A program made the position numbers and the translations under genes. A stretch of 64,000 nt of DNA from Diplonema japonicum (lineage: Eukaryota; Protista; Euglenozoa: Diplonemea): contig OZ025759.1 of the NCBI GenBank assembly GCA_964019335.1, positions 62,001 through 126,000 on the forward strand. Reading direction: 5' to 3'. The notes under the pieces were generated by a model. That model ran no database searches and was not told the DNA's origin. It worked only from the letters and a program-made list of their open reading frames with translations. Below are positions 22,341-34,516 of this stretch, piece by piece. How positions within the stretch are numbered: position 1 is the stretch's first letter; every line of letters starts with the position of its first letter.

Positions 22341-25300
22341 ATGGGGACTGGTGTCTCTGCTCCGGGTGTGAACAAGGAGCATGCTGCTAAATGGGACGGG
22401 CTGATCAGCGAGCTGGAGTCCTTGTGCAAGACACAGCAGAGCGCCATGAATAAGAATGGGGAGGTGTCACCGAGAAGGAAGGCGTCGCTTTCCAGCGAGC
22501 CGGAGAAACGGAGGAGATCGTCTATACTGAAGAAGGATTCAGGTCTAGAGAAGAGGCGGATGTCTATAGGCTCGGAGGGCGATGCAATGTATGACTTGTT
22601 TTGTTTTTATAGCTCACCCCACACAGCCGCCGTACTAGTTCTGTCGTCAGCTTCACAGGGCGTCCCAGCTGTCCCGTTTCCCCTACAGGCAGCCTTCCAA
22701 ACATCACCTCACCCACTGTGAGCAGCCTTCACGCCCACAACTTCCCCACCGATGACAACGCCCCCAATGCTTCTGGCACTGAACCAGCAGCACGGAAGAG
22801 CCGCTCCGAGCAGGTTAAGATTAAGAATCAGCGGAAAGACTTCTTCAAAGCTTACATGAGCCCCGAAAACAAGCCCGAGGGCCCTGGGCACGCCTGCAAG
22901 TACATCGGCCTTGCCTGCACCGCCTTCTCGTACCTCATCGCCATGAAGAACGGGAACGACAGGAACATGGTCAGCATCGAGGACTTTTTCTTCACCACGC
23001 AGCTTCCCTTACACTACCTCCAGCTGGAGAACATAAGCCTTGCGGATCTCTACGGGCTGTGCAAGGAGTTCATCGACCATGACCCGAGGGTGAGGGGCGT
23101 CATAAGGGTTGAGGTCGTTCACATGGACACCACGCTAGTCGACGGGGAGGTCGCGACAGGTGAGAGGGAGAACGAAAGCGGTGACAGAGGACCCCCTAGC
23201 TTATCAGCATTCAGGAAGACGTTGGAGAGCGACAACCAAGACCTGTCCGCATGCAGGATCTTCTGCTACGACCCGTTCGTAGTGGAACAGTCGAAGATGC
23301 ATATCGACGACACTGACTCGGAGTCAGACGGGGAGGCGGGGGAGTACGACGGAAAGTTGACCTCGCAGTCCGAAACAACACAGACTGTTCAGCAGGCGGA
23401 CGGCAGTGCCCTGTACAAGCCAGGCATGGCACCGAAAACGAAGTTCGGCAGCGATAACAACGGTGCCTTCTCGCTGTGTGTGGACTACAACTCAGTCATG
23501 CATGCTGTCAACCTTGTGGACTGCATCTGCGAGAAGGACATCCACCTGACGCCCACAGACGTCCCCATTACGGCGCTCTACAGAGGTATGTCTAGTCTTT
23601 CATTGTTTCACGCAACACTGCACAGCATGCTGCACCAAAGACAAGACGACCTCCCGCCGCAGAGGCTTCCTGAGGTTTTCCCTCATCGACAAGACCCCCG
23701 CGCTCACAGATGCGGAGTTGATAGAGGCTAATGACCTGGTATGACAGCAACGTACCGCGACAAAATGTGTTAATTAATTAATAGTTTTGCTCCGATATAA
23801 TAGCAGGGACAGGGAAACAAGGCATCCCGTTGGGCAGTGTGCACACCATGATCTCGAAGCACATTGTGGCGTTTGCCTTCGCGGTGCATCTCGTGCAGGG
23901 TTTGCAGGACGAGTCGACGCTTGTGGTATGCTGTTCCATCGTTCCTCCCACGACCAACCACAGCACGGTGCCGGCATCGACATCCGCGACATCTGCACAA
24001 CATGCCAGTTCCCCTACAACGTTATAGTCGGTCATGACATGACGATCCTGCAGGCGTACTCTTACTACAAGAAGTACCTTGAAACCTCCAAGAAACTTGA
24101 AGGGAAGAACATATGGAGCTCCGTGCAGCTAATCGAGAAAAAAGTGGACTCCGAAGACTCACCACCCACAATGTCCATCATGGACTTCCACGATGTACTG
24201 GTGCAGCTGGCGGAGGACGAAAGCCAGACCCGGAAGGTGATGGTCATGCAGTTTGACCTCTGTGCCGCGCACTCCGTGTTGAACATCGCCGCACCCGGAA
24301 CCGTTCACTACGGGATCCTGATGGCCTACGATCAGGAGAAACAACTGGTGAAGATTCTTGACATCCATCCGAAGCGATACACGAAGGTGTGGGTGACAAC
24401 CTTGCAACGCATGCACCGGGCTATCATAGGACATGGGTACATTGTAACTTACATGAAAAGCGAGGACTCGGCCAGACTGAGCAGGGAGAGTCTGTCCGTG
24501 TCCATCAAACGGCAGGACACAATGATAAAGAACAAGATGGATGCGATGCGGTCCCCCCCGCCCATCCCGAGAAGATTCGTTCAATTCTTTGAGTTCCCCT
24601 CGCACACCATGTCCATCACCATCCTCGCGTTGTGCATGAACATTCTACGCCCGGAGATGTTGGTTCTTGTGAAGGACATCTTGGGACATGTCCCGTGCGA
24701 TCCGTCGTTTCTTCTTGTCGAGAAGATGTCCTTGAACGATTTGAACCGTGTTTTCATCAGCTATGTACTGTCGTCTAAGCAACACGCTCATTGGAACACG
24801 GAGGTGGTCAACTATGACACTCTGTGTGACGGCACCCCGAGGGTGTTGTTGGAAGAGTTCAAAACGATCCTAGCGAAGATGGAACAGGTGAGCAACGAGC
24901 TTCTAATCGTGCAATGCTCGCAAAGAGTGATCAAGGAAGCGAACGACACGGCGTTCGGAGGGGAGTACTTCTTTTTCCACGAGGTGGTCGACGGTATCGT
25001 AACACTCTCGGACGTCAACGCCCACTCCTACGACCGGTTCAAATACATCAGCGTGGAAAAATTGTGGGAAGGAATGTGCGAGAAGGACGATGTTTCGTAC
25101 AGAGCAAGGGGCATGATGATCGTCAAGAAACAGCCTCTCGACGGGCATCAGTTGGAAGGCGCCGCCGTGCAACTGTTTAAGGTACCACAGTGGCAGCCGT
25201 TCATCGTGTCGCAATGCGTTCATTTGAACGCGATTGCGATGGTCCTAACGATGGTTGGAGTGACATGCTGTGCTGAGGACGTCTTCTACACCGCTTACAC

Positions 25301-25838
25301 GTGTATAGGCGGGGAAAGGTTTAGAAGAGGTTCTGCGATCTTCCCCTGGCACCAGTTGAAGATATTCATGGGAGAGCTCACTGATAGAATGACAGTCACT
25401 ACCGTTGCAAAAATGTTTATGAAGTTTGAACAAGCGCTAACATCGAATATTCAAAGCTCGACGATCACAGGTTCTTCCAAGGAAGACTTCCAGGAGTTTA
25501 TCGAAGAGGCTGGGAAACCATGCTGCCCATATTATGTTGTGGCACTGATCAATACAGAACGTGCTTTTAACATCAAGCTCAGCGACGAGGAGTGGAGCTG
25601 GAAGATCGGGTGCTGTGTCATCAAACACTACGACACAGAGACGCGAACAGTTTACTTGGCGGATGCGAACCCAACCCGTTATGGTGGATCCTGGTCGTGT
25701 TCTATTGATGATTTGTATGAGGCGGCTGATCTTGGTCAGGAGGACAAGGCCGACAACGGTTTGGTAAAAGTCTGCAGAACCGGGCAGGTGAACACGAAGA
25801 AAAAATCAATGATCCAAACGGACTTTAGCGCATTCTGA
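22341..25838 (+). CDS. Protein with four tandem degenerate phytochelatin-synthase/papain-like domains, predicted N-myristoylated; introns 22589-22626, 23586-23625, 23739-23784, 23926-23963
   Basis: Four GT-AG introns join the ORF pieces in frame. A YD....V.ILD....Y...W.....L..AM...D..S...RG pattern repeats. N-terminus is MGTGVS. Confidence 0.75.
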
Positions 25839-26667
25839 CAAAACGGGGGGGGAGGGAGCTCTTGTAAATATGTTTGGAAAAAAAAAAAAAAAAAAACTTT
25901 TTTTACATCGTTGTACATTAACACACATTATAAGCGGGAACACTTTTGCAAAAAAAAAGGGGAGGATGGGGGGGGGGAGAAAAATAACCATGAGAGGGAG
26001 CACTTGCCAGTGTTTTTCTGTCATTTTAACAAAACTTTTTTTTTTTTTTTTTTTTTTTTGTAAATTCGCAAATAAAGAATTAGAATTCCGATGTTACATT
26101 CTCCAAATAAGATGCCAGTTTTTTTTTTTTTTTTTTTTTTTTTTCTCGTTCTCGGGCAGCAAGACCTGATGAAACAACTGTCACCTGGGGCCACAAAAGA
26201 GACCTTTCAAAACAGGGGTAACATGGACCGCATTTAGCTTCGGCAAAAGAAACAGATGCCCAGCGGCTCACTTTGACGGTAACAGATCGAGTTTCTTCCT
26301 CAAGTTGTCAACACATACTGTTCCTTTGGGGGGGGAAAAAAAGGGAGAAGTGAGCAAACACCCCTTTTATATCATCCTTGAAAGGAAGACAAGCCCTCCT
26401 CCCCCTCCCCCTTTTTTTTCTTTTCGAAGTTCACTAAATCAAGTACAAAGAACGGGAGACTCTCCCCCCCCCTTATTATTTTCATGTTACCCTTCTCTTT
26501 TTTTCTTTTTTATATTCTTTATTATTTGTTTCTAATTTTTTTCTTCAAATAAAAAAAAAAAGATAACACATTATAGGTAAGGGGTTTTTTGTTTTTTTTT
26601 TTTTTTTTTTTTTTTTTTGTAAACAAGAAATTTTATTTCAAAAAAAAAAAAGAGAAAAAAAAAGCTG

Positions 26668-27233
26668 ATGTCAGGAGGTGATGTAAATTTTAGCAGTACC
26701 CAGGTACCACTGGCTAGACTGATCGCTTTAGTATGCTCCATTATTTTGAGGTTAAAAAAAAAAGAAACCAACTTCCTCACACAGCAATCGGCTCGCGACC
26801 ATGCATCAGGGAAGAGGATGGAAAAGGAAGAGTTTCTGAAATGGTACACTGGCATGCAGGGAGAGGTGGCAGGGACGACAAAACAGGAAAGTGAAACCAG
26901 GGTCCCGCCGAGGGCAGCTGACCCACCAAGAGAAGAACCAGCCAATAATAACAACAACAACAACAACAACAACAATGGGGGGAACAGAAGGTTGGCAGAG
27001 ACGCTTGTGTTCATCGTACGGAATGCATGGGCAATGGTGAAGTGTCTCTTTCTGGCATTCCTTCTGGTGTATGATGGGACAGGGCCTTCCATCAGCTTTG
27101 TTCTTGCTGCAGTGCTGCTGTTTGTGTTACACTTGATGCAAAACGGTGATGTTTTGCGCCATGTCATCGTAGTCAGGGAGAGGCCCGCTGAGCAAACACA
27201 GCAGGAAGAGCAGCAGCAGCAGCAGCCGCAGCC

Positions 27234-27268
<35 letters not shown>

Positions 27269-27456
27269 CAGCTCAAGAAGCACCCCAAGACACCCCGCAG
27301 GAAGAACAGCAGAACACCCCCGCCCCACCCCCCGCACCTGCGGCCCCTGCCCCGCCCCCCCGCTCCTTCGTCTCGCTCTGCATTAAGCTCGTCATAGTCT
27401 TCATGGAGTCCCTCCTCCCGAGCTGGACCCTCCGTGAGCTCGACAGGCACGCCTGA
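26668..27456 (+). CDS. Membrane protein with poly-N/poly-Q tracts (HERP C-terminal-like layout); probable in-frame intron 26731-26784
   Basis: Two adjacent hydrophobic helices and a C-terminal VFMESLLPS segment; GTATGC...ACACAG 54-nt intron. Confidence 0.65.
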
Positions 27457-27589
27457 GGCAGAGCAGCACGCCGGAAGGAAAGCGTGTATAATAACTAACC
27501 TGCCCTTTTCCCTTTCTTCTACCAAAGTGGAAATAAATTCACCCCCATGTTCCCAAAAAAGAGAATAATTAAAAGCCCTACAGGACAAG

Positions 27590-29473
27590 ATGGTCAGTGC
27601 TGAGACAAAAAAGAAGCGGCGGAAGGCCGGGCAGAAGAGAAAGAAGGCGGAGAGGGTGGAGGTTGTGTTTAAAGATGAGAAGCCCGAGGAAGAGGTTGAC
27701 GTGATGATCGTGGGGATCGACGAGGATGACAAGGAGTACGGGCATTTCAGGGATGTGTTCAGCAAGATGCAGGTGCAAGAGGAAGAGAGCACGGAGTCGG
27801 AAGGGGCGTCATCGGAGGATGAGGAAGCGAAAGAAGCGAGGAAGAGGAGGAAAGAAGAGAAGAACGCCATGAAGCAGCTGTCGAAAAAGGAACAGCGAAG
27901 GTGCAAGAGGCTCACCGTGGCGCAGCTGAAGCAGGCTGTGAGCAACCCTTCTGTTGTTGAGTTCCACGATGTCAACACTGCGGACCCCAAACTCCTCGTC
28001 TTCCTCAAGGGCATGAACAACACGGTGCCCATCCCGCGCCATTGGTGCCAGAAGCGCAAGTACCTCAGCCGCAAGGGCGGCTTCACTAAGCCTCCCTTCG
28101 AGCTCCCCTCCAACATCGCCGCCACCGGTATCTCCCGCATCCGAGAATCCTATCTCGAACGTGAGGAAGCCAAGCGCCAAAAGTCAAGCGACAAGGGTCG
28201 TGCGAAGATCAGTAGGATCGACATTGACTACCACGTGCTGCACGACGCCTTCTTCAAGCACAAGGTGATCCCGCCCCTGTCCAGCTTCGGTGAGATGTAC
28301 TTTGAGGGACGCGAGAAGGAGTACAAGAACAAAAACGCCAAGCCGGGCATGCTTTCAGACAAGCTGAAAACTGCCCTCGGGATGCCCGAAGGTTACCCAC
28401 CGCCATGGCTAATCAACATGCAGAGGTACGGACCACCACCAAGCTATCCTAGCCTGCGTATCCCAGGTCTGAACGCTCCTTTGCCGCCGGGGGCAACATG
28501 GGGGTACCAAGCTGGCGGGTGGGGGAAGGCGCCTGTTGATGCCAACGCCGTGCCTCTCTACGGCGATGTGTTCGGAAAGTCGGAAGCGATGCAAGACAAG
28601 GCCTTGTGGGGTGTTATGGCAGAAATCGAAAGCGAGGAAGAGGAAGAAATGCCCGAGGAGGAGCCGCAGTCCACCACCCTGCAGCCTGTGGACATGGACG
28701 ATGTGGCCTCCACTGCTGTGCCGCCCACGGAGCCCATGTTCATCCCACCCCCCCAGGCCCCCATCCACACCGAGGCGCCCGATATCGTCGACCTCCGCAA
28801 ACCCGACCGTGCCTCCACTGGGTCGGCATACCAAATCCTCGAACAAACTTCAAAAGGTCACATGGGCAGTGGTTCTATCATGGGGACTAACTTTGGCTAC
28901 AAAGTCGGTGATCAGGTGTGCATTCTTATAGTTTTCCACCCCACTACAGGATGTTGCTGATGTCAACAAGGAAGCTGTCTTGGCTTCAATGGGCTTACAT
29001 GAAAACAGGTTTGTGGTTTTTTTTGGGGGGGGGAATCACATGTGTCCCTGTTGGCGATCTTGAGGACCTTTATCACGTTGCTGACCTCCTCTCTGGAGTC
29101 TGTTCAGCGCACGGTTGTTAAACGGTTGGGTGGTGTGTTGTTGCTCTTGACTGATTTATATCTTGAATCTTGTGAGATTATTTTTTTGCATTTTCCTCTG
29201 GGGCATTGCTTTCCCAGTCGCCACGTCGAACATTGTCCTCTGAGTCACTCAATTCATTCCGGCCGGAATTTCGTGTCCGGCATAGTATAGTGGTTAGAAC
29301 ACCTGGCTCTCACCCAGGAGACCGGGGTTCAATTCCCCGTGCCGGAATTTTTTTTTTATAACATAATTTATAGGGCTGATGTTGCAGACGCTTTCGATGA
29401 AGAACGCAGCAAGAGGAACAACAAGAAAGAGCAGCAAAAAAAAGAGAAGAAGAGGAAAGAGTTCAAATTTTAG
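27590..29473 (+). CDS. SF3B2: Splicing factor 3B subunit 2 (SAP145/Cus1); introns 28916-28949 and 29009-29373
   Basis: DUF382 motifs (LTVAQLKQ, VPIPRHWCQKRKYL, IDIDYHVLHDAFF) and the PSP domain (PPPWLINMQRYGPPPSYP, WGYQAGGWGK). The spliced C-terminus KRKEFKF* matches the family end. Confidence 0.95.
29276..29347 (+). tRNA. tRNA-Glu(CTC), nested in SF3B2 intron
   Basis: Cloverleaf: acceptor TCCGGCA/TGCCGGA, D-loop AGTGGTTAG, anticodon arm CTGG-CT CTC AC-CCAG, T-arm CGGGG-TTCAATT-CCCCG. Followed by an oligo-T Pol III terminator. Confidence 0.95.
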
Positions 29474-29794
29474 TTCTTTTTTTCTCTCTTCTTTTTTTCT
29501 TTATTTGGAGTCGTCACTCTATATTTAGCAACTGAAACAATAGGGAGAGAGAAAAAAGATAGAAAGGTGGAGTGTTTATTTTTTTCATTTCTTTTTTTGA
29601 TTCTGCTCTTCTCTCAGGGGCAAGACAAGAAACGACAAAAAAAAGGGAGAAATATAAAAGAAAGGGGGTGGGAGATAGAACACACCAGCCCCTTCTCCCC
29701 CTTGTCATATTAACCATTTAGTGTTTTCATGTTCTGTCGTTCCTTCTTCCTAGTGTCTTCTATTATTGTCACATCAAACAGGAGGGATGGTGGT

Positions 29795-32700
29795 ATGTCT
29801 ATTGAAAATGGCTGTCTGTGCTATTTCTTAGAAGACGTGAACTCCTGGACTCTCGGGAGAGTGGTGCAGTGGGATGGAAAGACTGGGTCTGTAAAGAGTG
29901 AAGAGGATGGCAAGACGTACGACAAGGTGACAGAGCCGAAAATTTTCGTAGCCAGGGAGGACTGTGTAGGGGAAGATGTAGATGATTTGTTGTGCCTCAC
30001 GCTGTTGCACGACAGCACCCTCTTGGCGTGTCTCAAAACGAGGTACTTCAAGGATGTTATTTACACAAACATTGGTGCCATTGTGGTTGCGATCAACCCC
30101 TACAATTTCAAGATTCCGTGGTACATGGACGATCAAATGCCGAAATATCTCGCTGAAGGCACGAAAATCGAGCAGAACAAACCTCACTCGTGGGCGCAGG
30201 CCCACAACACTTACTGGGAGATGATTCGCGACAATGAAAACCAAACAATTCTCGTGTCGGGGGAATCCGGTGCTGGGAAGACCGAAGCGTCGAAAATCGT
30301 ATTCAAATACCTCTCAGCAGTGTCCAGTCTCTCTGGAACTGACGCTCAAAAAGCTGCGGGCGGAAATGTTGGAATGCGGATCAACAACGCAAGCCCTCCC
30401 CTTGAAGCCTTCGGCAATGCAAAAACAGTCCGCAACGACAATTCCTCCCGGTTCGGTAAATTCATGAAGGTCAAGTTCAGCTCCGAGGGCTTCCTTGTCG
30501 GTGCCCATATCACAAAGTACCTTTTAGAAAAGTCACGCATTGTATCTGCCATGCCGAACGAGCGCCTCTACCACTCCTTTTACCTCCTGTGCAGAGACCC
30601 AAACAAGGCGAAGTACAATATTAATTCGGACAACGATTTTAAAAGCTTGACATCTGGAAACTGTACCTCGAACAAAGACTTCGACACCATTGAAGAACAC
30701 ACCGAGGTCATTTCCTCTATGAAAACTATTGGTCTTAGTGATGATCAGATCACGTCTGTATGGAAGAGTGTTGCGGGCGTCATGCACCTTCTCAACGCAT
30801 CCTTCGAGCAGAATGGTGAAGGATCTGAAGTGAGCGGCGGGTCGTTGTCTCATATTGAAAAAACGAGTGAAAACTGGGGCATTGACACAGAGTGTGTTCA
30901 AAAAGAATTGACAACCACTGAGATGGAAGTGATGGGGCAGATGATCACCAAAGAACTGAAAGTGGTACAATCTATTGATGGGCGTGATGCCGTGTGCAAA
31001 GCCATCTACAACAACTTGTTTACTTGGTTCATCGAAATGTGCAACAACACTCTAGATGTGGACTCTGATGGACCGTGGATCGGTCTGCTCGATATCTTTG
31101 GGTTTGAGGACTTTGAGATCAATTCTTTCGAGCAACTCTGTATCAACCTCGCGAACGAGACCCTCCAAGGTCACTATAACAGCTACATCTTCCAGCGGGA
31201 CATGGACGAATGCCGTGCAGAGGGCGTTGACGTCACCTCGGTTCAATTCCCAGACAACGGACCTTGTCTAGCAATGATCACAAGCAAGACAGGCATCCTT
31301 GCTCTCCTTGATTCGCAGTGCTCGGTCGGGTCCGGAAGCGACGAAGGATTTTTGATGTCTATCGAGGAGACTCATAAGTCGAACCCGTTCTTTGCGAAGA
31401 AGATGTTGGCTAAGCATGACTTCATCGTTCACCATTACGCGGGGTCCGTTTCCTACACAGTCACAGGGTTCCTGGACAAGAACCGTGACACGCTGAAGGA
31501 CGCGTGGAAGTTACTGCTTCGTACCTCAACTGACGAGCTCATAAGCACGCTCCTCCCAGAGCCTGTCGACACCAAGGGACCTAAGATCACTGCTGGCGGG
31601 TATTTTAAGTCCCAGCTCAATCAGTTGATGAACCTCATCAACAGCACCAACCCTCACTGGATCCGATGTGTGAAGCCGCATCCTGCCAAGAAGCCAAGGC
31701 TGTTCCACGGTTCATCCACCATGCAGCAGCTGGCCTCCGCTGGTGTTCTTGGTACCGTCAAAATCCGTAAGGCAGGCTACCCTGTTCGTATCTCTTTCGA
31801 CGAATTCTGTGCCATGTACCGAATCATCACCACCGGCAAGGACATCGACACGTCGAGCAGCCAGTCGATGTCAGCAGACATCTTGAAGCTGGTTTCCCTC
31901 TCCTCTACAATGGCCCAGATTGGGAAGACACGCGTTTTCATGAAATCTGAAGCTTACATAGCCCTTGAGACAATCAAAAAAGACACGCTTATGAATCACG
32001 CACAGGTCACTCAGGCGTTCTGCCGCGCCATCGTGGCGAGACAGACCAAGGTCAAGCCGAAGCTGAGAGGTGCCAGCAAAGAAATACTCGCGTTCCTCCG
32101 GAAAGGGGTCCGAAAGGTAGCACAGATGCGAGAAAAAGAAGAAGCGGAACGGGCTGAGACAGAAGAAGAGGAAGCCCTGGAATGGTTAGGGCTAAAAGAA
32201 GAGTACCATCACTTCATTGAAACCGAGCTGGTTGAGTTAATGAACGCGGAAGCCAGGAAGAAAGAAGCGGAAGAGGAAATGTTGCGTAGAGAGGAGGCGG
32301 AAAGGCTCCAGAAGGAAGAGGAGAGACGAGCGGTGTGTATTTTCTCCCCCTTTCTTTTTGAAGTCCGGAAAACAATAATAATACAGATCGAAAGGCGAAA
32401 AGAAGAACGAGAAAGAAAACGACAAGAACAAAAGCAAAAGGAGAAGGAGCTGAGAGATAGCGTGACTCAGCTGAACAACGCTAAACGTGCAGAAGTCGAG
32501 AAGGAGGTGATGGCAATGCGGAAGCAGCGAAAGGAAGCCGAAGAGATGGAGAGGATGAAGGCAGCAGCTGCGAGGAAAGCGCACCAAAACAAGATGAGTG
32601 TGAGGGAGGAGAAGCTCGAAGCAGTGCGTCAAAGACGACAGCAGAACATGGCTGAGAAGGACACTTACGAAGATTGTTTGGCGAAGGATGTGATGGAACA

Positions 32701-33491
32701 AGAGAAATGGACATCCCTCCTCACATCACGCTCCAGGAACGAAGAAGAGCACAGGCAGCTTGTAAAAGGCATGGGGTCTTCACTTAGAGCCGCCGAGGGC
32801 AAAGCACGCGCTTCTGCACAGCAGCAACGGTTTTTAAGACTCACAGAAGTGAAACAAGCAGAAGCCGCAAGCAGAGACTTCTATCGAAGCTCTGAGAGAG
32901 AACGACAACAAGAAGAGATCGAGAACAACAGAAGGCTCGATCGCATCAGGAAAGCGGAAAGAAAACGAGCAGGGCAAGCTGCTGCTGCAGCGGTTAAAGC
33001 GAATCGTTCGAAGCTTGAGACACGGCGGCTCACAACAAAGAATGAGTGGGAAGAGCTTCTTGAAAAGGAAAAGAGGAGAAAGAAAGAAAGGAATTTCCAA
33101 CGCGCGCAGGAGGCCAGGGAAGAAACGATGATGATAAAAGGTGTGGAGGCGAAGATTGCAAGGGGGATGGCCCTGCGCGACATCGAAGAAAGGCAGAATA
33201 CCGAGAAGCAGAAAATCCGAAAGATTCGGTCATCATCACAGGGGATCTCCGTCGGGGGCACCCACACTGCAGACGTCTACACCCCTATTTCTAAGGTGGA
33301 CCCCATCGACAGAAACCTGTACCAGAAGCTACTTGGAAGCGAAAAAACAGCGGCCGCAGGGACCTTGAACGACATGTCCTGCAAGCAGGTACCACACAGT
33401 AACAATAATAAAACACTTCACATCGCAGGGTTTGGCTGACGTGCCCCTTGGTGCTGAGAGCCCTCGCACAGGCCTTCACTGGAAGCCCTGA
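29795..33491 (+). CDS. Myosin heavy chain (motor, IQ-like neck, long E/R/K-rich tail); introns 32333-32386, 33389-33428
   Basis: Motor motifs GESGAGKT, LEAFGNAKTVRNDNSSRFGK, LDIFGFE and HWIRCVKP. The KIPWY/HSWAQA segment resembles euglenozoan myosins. Confidence 0.95.
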
Positions 33492-33637
33492 TCATTTCCC
33501 CACCATGTGTGTAACAAATCCACCAGAAAGAAAGAAAGAAAAAAAGAATAATCCTTGTTGTGTTTGTATACCTTATAAACCCTGTTATTTCTCGTTCGTC
33601 TGTTTCCACTTCACGTCATACCACTAGGAATGGAGCC

Positions 33638-34423
33638 ATGCCACGTGTACTGGGGACGAAGCTAAAGGGAGTTGGCGCAACAGCCTTCAGTTCGAATGTG
33701 CTCAGGGCAAAGACAGGCGTGTGTGGGTTCACACGGCTGTTTGGCAACAACAAAGAAGAGATTACGAGGCACACCGGAGAAGGGACGATAGGAGAGGAAG
33801 TGCTTCTTCAAGTAAAAGAGAGGACTAAGCTCCTTGATGCGAAGTGGCAGCACATGAACAGCAATATAACTGACGTTGTAAACATGGGCGCTGGGCTGGA
33901 TATGAGAGCGTGGAGGGTCCCCATGAGAGATGGTGTGCGGGTCCATGAAATAGATAAGCGCAAGGTTGTGAAGCTCAAGAAACAGTATTTGGAGAAGGCA
34001 GGGCTCGATCCTCACTTGGCTCAAGACCGTGTCCCCATCCTGTACTACCCAGTGGACCTTTGCCACTTCAAAACGTACGATAGGTTCCTTGATGACAAGG
34101 CACAACCCTTATGGCATCTCGAAGGTCTTCTCGAGTACCTCCCCCCCCGCCTTCAGGAGAACCTCTTCTCCGCTATGAAATATCACACAACCACTACCTC
34201 CGAGATGGTCACCACTATGCTCCTTCCCTCTATCTTTGAAGAGTATCCCGTCACCTTTCAGCAGCAGACTCAGTTCGGTGCCTGGGCCTTGCCCCTTCCA
34301 AGTTTAGACGCTATCAAGGATGTTTTGCGCGTACGCAAATGGGACATAACTGATATCGAGCCGATCACCTCGCATTCCGTTGTTATCACCGCCACGCACA
34401 CGAGGCGGCGGCGCAGGAAGTAG
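33638..34423 (+). CDS. SAM-dependent methyltransferase, LCM/TcmP family
   Basis: Motifs RTKLLD, VVNMGAGLDMRAWR, VHEID, VDL and LEGLLEYL. Confidence 0.8.
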   Translation: MPRVLGTKLKGVGATAFSSNVLRAKTGVCGFTRLFGNNKEEITRHTGEGTIGEEVLLQVKERTKLLDAKWQHMNSNITDVVNMGAGLDMRAWRVPMRDGVRVHEIDKRKVVKLKKQYLEKAGLDPHLAQDRVPILYYPVDLCHFKTYDRFLDDKAQPLWHLEGLLEYLPPRLQENLFSAMKYHTTTTSEMVTTMLLPSIFEEYPVTFQQQTQFGAWALPLPSLDAIKDVLRVRKWDITDIEPITSHSVVITATHTRRRRRK

Positions 34424-34516
34424 ATTAGTTTTCCTGTGTGATTTTGTTTTTTTTCACCCACCCCCCCCCCCCCCCCCTCTCTTTTATGTGTCGTAAAGGA
34501 ATAGAAAGAACCAAAC

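Noticed and set aside
26166-26255. Hammerhead ribozyme (CTGATGA...GAAA) or box C/D snoRNA
   Set aside because: No stem II directly between the core motifs and no terminal CTGA box D.
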